Assembly (NCBI GenBank): GCA_043814315.1
Contig: JBDRKE010000016.1
Location: forward strand, 1-61,104
Source: Candidatus Omnitrophota bacterium
Lineage (GTDB): Bacteria > Omnitrophota > Gorgyraeia > Gygaellales > Profunditerraquicolaceae
Reading direction: 5' to 3'
DNA: 61,104 nucleotides
Shown: positions 54,223 through 61,104 of the stretch, piece after piece
Layout of the letters: each line of letters opens with the position of its first letter
How positions within the stretch are numbered: the first letter of the stretch is position 1
Position numbers and translations under genes: made by a program
The notes under the pieces: model-generated
What the model was told of the DNA's origin: nothing
What the model saw: only the letters and a program-made list of their open reading frames with translations
Databases searched by the model: none

Positions 54223-54367
54223 GCTGCCTCCTTTTATTTTGGCCCATCCCGTAAGATGGCACCCTGTCTCATTTCGAAAAAACATTATATAAGCAATATC
54301 TTGATAAATCAAGGATATTCTGATTCTAGAGAATAAAGAAGGAATAAAGCGAATAAAGGAGACGTTT

Positions 54368-54400
54368 GGAATAAAGGGGAACAAACGTCCCCTTTATTCC
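54368..54400. repeat. Perfect 13-bp-stem hairpin (ggaataaagggga / tcccctttattcc) at the end of a GAATAAAG word array
   Basis: Arms at 54368-54380 and 54388-54400. GAATAAAG recurs four times between 54331 and 54377 (starts 54331, 54342, 54351, 54369). Confidence 0.7.
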
Positions 54401-54421
54401 CGAGCCTTAGCCCGCAAAGCT

Positions 54422-54952
54422 TCATTCTGGAGGTTCAGGAAGACCCAAAAAACTCAAGGGTAGTTCATAAAAGAAATAGTAGCAACCTACTGATTTAACA
54501 TAGCTTAACACATCCTTATATTGCTCTTTTCTAAACCAGTCATTTAAAACATACACATATTTAACTAGAATTCCTAAAGGAGCAAGTAGCTTCTGATATT
54601 GCTTATTTTTAAAATCACACGTTTGTAGTTTTTCATCAACAGATCCGGTTACTGCCTGGAATTTAATTTCAATAATATAAAGCGTCTTATCTTTGATGAT
54701 AAAAATAGCATCATCTGGCACTAGTTTCTTGGAAATAATTCCTGAATAATCGATATTATTAGGCTCAAGTAGATTCTTATAAAGTTTATGTTTTTGGTAC
54801 AATTCCGCAACCTTCTGTCCTTCAAAATAAATCTTATCATCACTTACCTTGTACCCTTTAAGAGAATCGAATGCATTCTTTAGAGTAATTCTTGATTCAA
54901 ATCTTAAGCCAGACGCGGCCGTTTTCGCTCCTCCCTTACCACCCTTAATCAT
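54422..54952 (-). CDS. Putative type II restriction endonuclease (PD-(D/E)xK)
   Basis: LVPDDAIFIIKDKTLYIIEIKFQ gives a PD...ExK motif. Overlaps the upstream methyltransferase gene by 8 bp. AT-rich. Confidence 0.45.
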   Translation of the reverse strand: MIKGGKGGAKTAASGLRFESRITLKNAFDSLKGYKVSDDKIYFEGQKVAELYQKHKLYKNLLEPNNIDYSGIISKKLVPDDAIFIIKDKTLYIIEIKFQAVTGSVDEKLQTCDFKNKQYQKLLAPLGILVKYVYVLNDWFRKEQYKDVLSYVKSVGCYYFFYELPLSFLGLPEPPE

Positions 54953-55835
54953 TTTTTTTCTCCCGAAACGCGTCTTTAAGTCTTTTTAATGAAACTTTTA
55001 AATATTCCTCTTCAAGTTCGATGCCCAGAAATTGTCTTCCTTCGCGGAAAGCCGCAATACCAGTTGTACTGCTGCCACTAAAGGGATCTAAAACAATATC
55101 ATTGGGCCTTGTTGAAGCTGAGACAATTCTATCCAATAGTTGAATGGGTTTTTGAGTTGGATGCTTTCCATAAATTTTCTCTTCAGATCCAGGAGCTTTA
55201 ATAGACCAAAAGCTTAGCATTTGCTTGTTATTATTCATTTTCTTCATTAACTCATAGTTAAAATGGTGTCTGCTGTCTTTGTTTTTAGCCGCCCAAATGA
55301 TAGTTTCGGTAGAATGAGTAAAATAGCGGCAACTTAAATTTGGCGGTGGATTGACTTTAAACCATGCGATATCGTTTAATATCTTATACCCTAGGCTCTG
55401 CATAGCTGATCCAACGGTGTAAATAATATGCGAAGTGCCAGATACCCAAATTGTTCCATTTGAAGTTAGCACTCTTTGACATTGCCTTAGCCACCTTTGA
55501 GTAAAAATGTAATTTTCCTCTACGCCCTTGGAGATATCCCACTTTCCTTTGTTAACAGAAACCATTTTTCCGGCATGGCAGGTAATCCCGCCATTTGAAA
55601 GAAAATAAGGCGGGTCGGCAAAAATCATATCAATTGAGTTTTCTGGAATTTTGGGCAGGATGTCGAAACAGTTCTCCTTGAATAGAATTATACTGTGCTT
55701 GCGGTCCTCGAAATAGGGCTTTTGGGGAATATCCTTAACCAGAATAAAGATATCCTTTTTATGGATTGCTTTTGCGTGTGTAACTGTTGGCATGATATTG
55801 GCGGGTTGAACCTGATATATTTCTTCAGAAGTCAT
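54945..55835 (-). CDS. Beta-class N6A/N4C DNA methyltransferase
   Basis: Motif IV DPPY (IFADPPYFLS) precedes motif I (DPFSGSSTTG), the order typical of the beta class. ParB-less, about 296 aa. Confidence 0.85.
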   Translation of the reverse strand: MTSEEIYQVQPANIMPTVTHAKAIHKKDIFILVKDIPQKPYFEDRKHSIILFKENCFDILPKIPENSIDMIFADPPYFLSNGGITCHAGKMVSVNKGKWDISKGVEENYIFTQRWLRQCQRVLTSNGTIWVSGTSHIIYTVGSAMQSLGYKILNDIAWFKVNPPPNLSCRYFTHSTETIIWAAKNKDSRHHFNYELMKKMNNNKQMLSFWSIKAPGSEEKIYGKHPTQKPIQLLDRIVSASTRPNDIVLDPFSGSSTTGIAAFREGRQFLGIELEEEYLKVSLKRLKDAFREKKND

Positions 55836-55957
55836 TTTACCACCTCCTTATATATGCGTCAACGTTCTTTTCCTACTCTAATAGACGCAAGGAGAGGCAA
55901 AATCTAACAGGAATATTTTGAATTCAGGAGGACAAGGTAATAAGGTCGTAATCGAGG

Positions 55958-57001
55958 TCACCCAGGCCTAATGCGTGGGCATAGCGAAGCTGCCTGGTGC
56001 TGTCGCGCTCCGGGATGCAGCTCTTTAAAGATATCTCTACCGCAGGCCTTTTTGACCAAGTCAAAGCTTGCCTTGTCAATACTCACCGGGTCGCATGAGG
56101 CCAGTATTCCTATATCAGGAGAAACGCGGGGGTCATCTTTGGCCAGGCAATCGCACTCCTTGGTGATTTTAAGGCAGAAGTTCAGGAAGGCGTGCCTTTC
56201 TTTTTTGCCTTGCATCACGGCCAGGGCATACTCAATCATCTTTTCAGGCATAGTGCTCCCCCCTGACTCCCACTGCACGTCTATCGCCGAAAAAGGGCAA
56301 ACAGAAATACAGGTGGCGCACCCGATGCATTTTGATCCGTCAATGGCCGCTTTCTTATTCTTGAGGCTAATGGCATTTACCGGGCACGCCTTTACGCACT
56401 CCCCGCATCCGGTGCATTTCCTTACATAAACAGTCGGAGAAATATCCGAATGCTGCATCAGTTTGCCTTTTCTGCTGGCGCAACCCATGCCCAGATTCTT
56501 CAAAGCACCCCCAAAACCCACCATCATATGGCCTTTGAAATGATTGATGCCGATAATCGCATCCGCCTCCACAAAGAAACGCGCCAGCTTGGCGGTTTTG
56601 ATAAATTTACGGTTGATAGCTACGTCTACGGTGTTTTCCGCTCGGGAATCATCGGGAATGATAATCTCTGCCCCTGTTGTTTCTCTGGTAAAACCGTGCT
56701 CAGCAGCAAGGGCCAGGTGGTCGGTGGAATTTGTGCGCCTGCCCTTATAAAGCGTATTCGTCTCTGACAAAAAGGGCCTGGCGCCCCTTTGCGCGATGGC
56801 GCTGCATACGACCCTGACATACTCGGGCCTGACAAAACCTGTATTGCCATCTTCCCCGAAATGGATTTTGACGGCAACCCTCGAATCCGCGCAGAGAAAA
56901 TCCAGGACCCTGCTTTCTGCGAGGAGCTTCTTAAGTTTCTCTGCGACCAGCGATGCTGCATTTTTTTCGCTTACGGGAATAAAATAGACTTTGTTTTTCA
57001 T
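55958..57001 (-). CDS. DUF362-domain protein with an inserted 2x[4Fe-4S] ferredoxin module
   Basis: CTGCGECVKACP and CIGCATCISVCP motifs, embedded in a DUF362-like sequence. Confidence 0.75.
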   Translation of the reverse strand: MKNKVYFIPVSEKNAASLVAEKLKKLLAESRVLDFLCADSRVAVKIHFGEDGNTGFVRPEYVRVVCSAIAQRGARPFLSETNTLYKGRRTNSTDHLALAAEHGFTRETTGAEIIIPDDSRAENTVDVAINRKFIKTAKLARFFVEADAIIGINHFKGHMMVGFGGALKNLGMGCASRKGKLMQHSDISPTVYVRKCTGCGECVKACPVNAISLKNKKAAIDGSKCIGCATCISVCPFSAIDVQWESGGSTMPEKMIEYALAVMQGKKERHAFLNFCLKITKECDCLAKDDPRVSPDIGILASCDPVSIDKASFDLVKKACGRDIFKELHPGARQHQAASLCPRIRPG

Positions 57002-57096
57002 GGATTGAATTTATTATTATGAGCGGCTGTTAAGGGGGAACTTCTGAAAAACCCATTGCTATACATAAGGCTCAGAAGAAGCGGTCTTAAGGTTTT

Positions 57097-58887
57097 TTAA
57101 GGTTTGTCCTCAGAGACGCTCTGACTGTTATCTTGGCCAAAACGCTCTTTGCCCAAGATTTTATCAAAAACCCTTTCTAATTCCTGGCGGCCTTTGTGCT
57201 TAATCGCGGTAATCCCCATCTGTTTTACATCCGGCATAAAAGAAACTGCGCTCCTTTTCCCTGAGACTTTTAAAGGAAAGCGTATTTGTTTTGCCTCATC
57301 CAATAAATACTCCATCTCAGGCACAGCCGCGCACATCCGGGCCGATAAATCCTGCGGAATCATAAATGAACCTTCAAAAGAATAGCTTTGATCAAAACCT
57401 ACCATGCCATTGCCTTGGAAGCGAAAAGTCTCTGCATCCATATTCATGGATTGTATTGCTACTGAAGCGTTACTGATTCCACCCTTTATCTTAAAGCTAG
57501 TAACGATAGTGTCTTTTTTACGTAAATTCTCCTTAAAGCGATCAGGTAGGCCTGCTTCAAGAACCGCCGCTAAGTTCGGCACAAAGGAAAGCTTATCCAA
57601 AACCATTTTAAGCACATTAATATCAGTCAACTGCCCTTGTTTTATTTCCAGCGAACCGTTTCCGCTTAGGCTTGAAAGCGCGGTATTCGGATCAAATCCC
57701 TGCCCATTAAACTCAAAATTACCAGAGACAAGACCTTTCACTTTAATGGGGTACGCTGACTGGTCTATGCATTCATTAAGATCAAGTCCATTAAGCATAG
57801 CTTTAAGCGAATAGTTCTGTTTAAGCAAATAGTCGCTGATATTGCCTGAGAGCTCCACTTTGCCCTTACCAAGAGAAAATGAAGCGCCACTCAGCGCGAT
57901 AAAAGATTCACTCATCGTAAACTTGGCTTCAATCAACTCTACTGGCACAGCTAATGCTTTCATCATTAGCGAACCGTTAGTTAGTGTTCCTTGTCCTTTT
58001 AAAGCGATAAGCCCTTGTGGAGCGGCCTCAAACAAATCAATGGATGCTGACAATACGCCAGATTTAACTTTCGGCAAAGGAACGCCTTCTAATTGCGGGA
58101 TAAGACGGCGCAGTGCGTCCATAGACAGGGTAGCAAGTTCCGCCGTAGCTTTACTATCCTTGAGTAAAAAACTAAGGCGGTTCATATTGACCTTACCCCG
58201 GCCTTGCGCGAATATATTCTGAGAATCGCTTGCGAAACTTGCGTGGAGTGTAATCGGGAAAGAATCGGTTAAAGAAAAATTCTCTATCTTAAGCGTTATC
58301 TTATCAAAAACAAGCGAGAATTTGGGGTCAAAAGAATAATCAATATAAGCAAGGCGCGCGTTACCTAATATTATACGATTGACAAATACCGCGGGCAGCC
58401 CCGCAGCCACCGGCTGGGCAGTTTTGCTTGAAGATTGCTGCTGATAAGTTTCTGCGGCTTGCTGCTTCTCCTGTCCGGCCGCTCCCCATTCCTGCACATT
58501 GATTCGGCCGTCTTTAAGCCTAATAATATTTACTTGCGGTGCTTTGCATTCAACTCCTAAAACCCGGATTTGTCTTTTTAGGATAAGGTCCTTAATGGAA
58601 ACAGCGAGATTGATTTCTTGGGCTGTCAGAAAATCTTCTTTTCCGAAATCCGGATGCTCCCCGACAGCTATATCCGCCAAGCGAAGCTGAATACCATTCT
58701 TTAAAGACAGCTTTAAATCAATCTTTGTAAAATCCAGGGAGCGGCCAAGCGCGTTTTGGCCGGCAGTGATTATTTGCGGCTTGAAGCGGTTAAAATCAAA
58801 GGTTTTAAGAAAAACAAAAAGCCCTATGCTGAGGATGACAAAAAACAAAAATAAGCTGGCGGCTATAATCTTAAAAATCTTTTTCAT
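57097..58887 (-). CDS. AsmA-family envelope protein
   Basis: N-terminal TM anchor followed by a long beta-rich AsmA-like body. Confidence 0.65.
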   Translation of the reverse strand: MKKIFKIIAASLFLFFVILSIGLFVFLKTFDFNRFKPQIITAGQNALGRSLDFTKIDLKLSLKNGIQLRLADIAVGEHPDFGKEDFLTAQEINLAVSIKDLILKRQIRVLGVECKAPQVNIIRLKDGRINVQEWGAAGQEKQQAAETYQQQSSSKTAQPVAAGLPAVFVNRIILGNARLAYIDYSFDPKFSLVFDKITLKIENFSLTDSFPITLHASFASDSQNIFAQGRGKVNMNRLSFLLKDSKATAELATLSMDALRRLIPQLEGVPLPKVKSGVLSASIDLFEAAPQGLIALKGQGTLTNGSLMMKALAVPVELIEAKFTMSESFIALSGASFSLGKGKVELSGNISDYLLKQNYSLKAMLNGLDLNECIDQSAYPIKVKGLVSGNFEFNGQGFDPNTALSSLSGNGSLEIKQGQLTDINVLKMVLDKLSFVPNLAAVLEAGLPDRFKENLRKKDTIVTSFKIKGGISNASVAIQSMNMDAETFRFQGNGMVGFDQSYSFEGSFMIPQDLSARMCAAVPEMEYLLDEAKQIRFPLKVSGKRSAVSFMPDVKQMGITAIKHKGRQELERVFDKILGKERFGQDNSQSVSEDKP

Positions 58888-59233
58888 ATTCTTCGGATAG
58901 GTTATTATTTTCTCTCTGTTCTTGAAATGCCTTCAGCCTGTCAATAATCGGCTTGATGTCGCTCCAGGTTTTCTTAGGAATGTAACGCTCGAGCGTTTCC
59001 AACTGCACCTTGTTTTCTAATTCCGTAATGCTCTGTTCCATTTCATCCAAAAACCGCTCTTTATCATTACAAGCCCGGTTCATACGCATCAATTTCCTTT
59101 GTAGTACATCGCTCCTTTTTTCATAGAATACGCCATTCTTCCTTGCGCTTAAAAGCTCTTTTTGTAAAGAAGAAATGCTGAGGCCTAAAATAATCACTAA
59201 CGCAGCCAAAAATATGATAAGCGCTGACTTCAT
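58871..59233 (-). CDS. Membrane-anchored coiled-coil hypothetical protein
   Basis: N-terminal TM helix and heptad-rich remainder. Overlaps the asmA-like start by 17 bp. Confidence 0.45.
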   Translation of the reverse strand: MKSALIIFLAALVIILGLSISSLQKELLSARKNGVFYEKRSDVLQRKLMRMNRACNDKERFLDEMEQSITELENKVQLETLERYIPKKTWSDIKPIIDRLKAFQEQRENNNLSEEYEKDF

Positions 59234-59351
59234 AAGAATGCCCTACCCTGTTATAACAAATCAGGCCGTTTCTAAATATCTTTAACAATATTAAACAGTT
59301 ACTGCAGAACCATGTTCCAGCGTCTATGTTCCTTATAATTCGCTTCTACCC

Positions 59352-61104
59352 TTATCCCGCCACTATTATAGCAAGCCTTGCCAAAAGGTACGACGTAATA
59401 GACTCAGCCCCTTGATTGAGATTAATATTTCTTTCTCCTATGCCGTCATAACATCCGCCTGTGGACCTGTCGTAAACCACCTGCTTAAGGCTGTTGTCGC
59501 CTAAAAACCAGTTAAAAGCTTCATGCATAAGTTTGTTATAAGTGCCTTTGCCGGTTATTGAATGCGCCGTAGCCAGAGCGCAAACCATCGCCGCCACATC
59601 CTCCGGCTGCTGGTCAAAATAACGGCGCGTTCCGGTCTTGTGATGCCAGCCGTCCTGGCCTATCGGCGCGTAAATTCCGTTGATAAAAGTCTGTTTTATG
59701 AGAAAATTCAACGTCTTTATGCCTATGTCCAGGTATTCGCTATTGTTGGTATGCTCATGCCCCAGAATAAGCGCCTCCGGCAAGACAGCGTTGGAGTAAG
59801 TCAAGTAATTTTCAAACCATTGCCAATCCTCGCTAGACACACCCCGGTAAAGCGATACGAGCCTGTCGCAGTGGGTGATGATCAACTTCATTAAGTCCTT
59901 ACCTTCAATCTCTTTTATTTTTTTACAAAGCAGACAAAATCCCTTGACGTGAAAAGCGGACGACCTCGGCGATTCAAACATGTTATATTTTTCTATTCTT
60001 CTCTTTAATAAAGACAGCGCCTTATCCCTTAGGCCCTGCGGAAGAGAATCAGTCGTTACGCTGACAGCCAGCGCCCAAAGGACTCGCCCGTTAGCATCAT
60101 CGAGATTATCCTTTTTGTTAAACTCGATATCTATCGTCCTGTCGGGTCTTACGTAATTACAAAACAGGCCATCCTCGCCTAAGACAAATTCAATGAAACG
60201 CAGATACACCTCTATGCGCTTGAGTAATTCGCTTTTCTGCTTATCGGAATAAACCGCCTTAAACGCTCCCTGCAATTCGCCATAATAGAGACACGCAACT
60301 ATCAGGGCGCGCGCATTATCATCGAGCGTATAACCCGATGAGATATCCGGCAAAGATAGCCTGGCGAACTGTATGATCCCAAAGTTATCTGTCAGGCGAA
60401 AAATGTGATTAAGGTTAACGCGGGGAATTTTCTTGCGCTCGCTTACTTCGGAGATATCGCTGGAATATTTTGAGAATAATTTTGAATACTCAAGGGCAAC
60501 ATTTTCCCATGTCATATTGCGGGTCCTAAAATACGCATTCTTTCCAAGCTGCTCTCTTAAGGAAGGATCTTTCAAAAGCCTCATGATGGCTTCGGCATAA
60601 GAACCGGAGTCCCTAAAATTAACTAATATCCCTACCTCCGAGGTAATGAACTCCCTGGCTTGCGCGAAGGAAGTGGAAATTACCGGCCTTCCCGAACTCA
60701 ACGCATAAGAGAATGTCCCTGAAACGGCCTGATTCGGGTCGAGAGAGGTTGAGATGTAAATATCCGAGGCCCTTAAAAAATGAAGGAGCTTATCCACGGA
60801 AACATACTCATTATAAAAGTTTACGTGGGAAGAAAGCCTAAGATCGTGGACCTTTTGGATTAGGAATTTACGGTAGTTTTCCCCTTCCTCTTTTAGGACA
60901 TTCGGGTGAGTAACACCTAGAACTATATACAATATATCCGGGTAGGCATTAACAACTTTAGGCAGCGCATCTATTACATATTCAATCCCCTTCCCCCTGC
61001 TTAGCAATCCGAATGTCAAAAGGCTTACCTTCTTTGAAAGACCTAAAGCAGACTTAGGTTTTGCGCTGGAGGTATATGGCATAGAATGGATGCCGTGAGG
61101 AATC
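59352..61104 (-). CDS. GT4-type glycosyltransferase (C-terminal Rossmann half) fused to an alpha-helical-repeat domain of about 350 aa; 5' end lies outside the window
   Basis: GRLSxxKG-like LLSRGKGIEY and GT1/GT4 C-terminal-half motifs. The frame stays open upstream of the first ATG to the window edge (…IPHGIHS-M). The C-terminal domain has an (alpha/alpha)-barrel-like composition. Confidence 0.6.
   Translation of the reverse strand, partial: IPHGIHSMPYTSSAKPKSALGLSKKVSLLTFGLLSRGKGIEYVIDALPKVVNAYPDILYIVLGVTHPNVLKEEGENYRKFLIQKVHDLRLSSHVNFYNEYVSVDKLLHFLRASDIYISTSLDPNQAVSGTFSYALSSGRPVISTSFAQAREFITSEVGILVNFRDSGSYAEAIMRLLKDPSLREQLGKNAYFRTRNMTWENVALEYSKLFSKYSSDISEVSERKKIPRVNLNHIFRLTDNFGIIQFARLSLPDISSGYTLDDNARALIVACLYYGELQGAFKAVYSDKQKSELLKRIEVYLRFIEFVLGEDGLFCNYVRPDRTIDIEFNKKDNLDDANGRVLWALAVSVTTDSLPQGLRDKALSLLKRRIEKYNMFESPRSSAFHVKGFCLLCKKIKEIEGKDLMKLIITHCDRLVSLYRGVSSEDWQWFENYLTYSNAVLPEALILGHEHTNNSEYLDIGIKTLNFLIKQTFINGIYAPIGQDGWHHKTGTRRYFDQQPEDVAAMVCALATAHSITGKGTYNKLMHEAFNWFLGDNSLKQVVYDRSTGGCYDGIGERNINLNQGAESITSYLLARLAIIVAG

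Noticed and set aside
56626-56961. 111-aa minus-strand ORF in an alternative frame inside the DUF362 gene
   Set aside because: It is out of frame with the Fe-S motif-bearing ORF. Its Pro/Ser/Arg-rich product is typical of off-frame translation.
57036-57072. GGAACTT-N16-TATACA on the plus strand as a second ECF promoter
   Set aside because: It is on the wrong strand relative to all genes, and the -10 part does not match the GTC-type motif seen at 44268.

Overview
This is a 61.1-kb stretch of a diderm (Gram-negative-type) bacterial chromosome, probably from an uncultivated lineage. I cannot assign taxonomy from the sequence alone. Every ORF I consider real (about 60) lies on the minus strand. 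The long plus-strand ORFs are antisense shadows of those genes. Gene content by plus-strand coordinate: an M50 protease; a CopB-type copper P-type ATPase split by a one-base frame change; a complete Bat/MoxR aerotolerance-type operon (moxR, DUF58, DUF4381-like, batA-E); a decayed response-regulator remnant; a CsoR-headed CusCBA-like RND copper efflux operon ending in a YHS protein; a LysM amidase; a sugar ABC importer; hflKC; a PilZ protein. Next come three peptidoglycan-binding envelope proteins preceded by a near-consensus sigma-54 promoter, sitting directly downstream of a Kef/CBS antiporter, a histidine kinase and an NtrC-type activator. After those: a MacAB-type exporter whose TolC-like component is fused in frame to a DoxX membrane domain; a secreted desulfoferrodoxin-fold-like protein; DUF45 and ArfB-like genes; an ECF sigma / anti-sigma / Spy-CpxP-like module with an ECF-type promoter; a stand-alone GMP-synthase ATP-PPase subunit; and carB. 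The right end holds a TIR-like (DUF1863-type) protein; a cold module (two csp genes, an unannotated 49-aa Cys/His ORF, a DEAD-box helicase); a B12-radical SAM enzyme; a CxxC-x17-CxxC mini-protein; an AT-rich type II R-M island; a DUF362 Fe-S protein; AsmA; and a glycosyltransferase fusion truncated by the window edge. The least explained signal is non-coding. Several families of structured intergenic repeats sit at promoters or between genes of otherwise tight operons: a 192-bp hairpin element in two copies, a 74-bp module with four helically phased GATT boxes, CAAGAyCsGrTCTTG palindromes, and CCAAAT and GATATC word palindromes. In addition, three promoters (csp, carB, hflK) are each followed by a terminator-like hairpin inside their own leader. 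No rRNA, tRNA, CRISPR array, transposase or integrase was seen.
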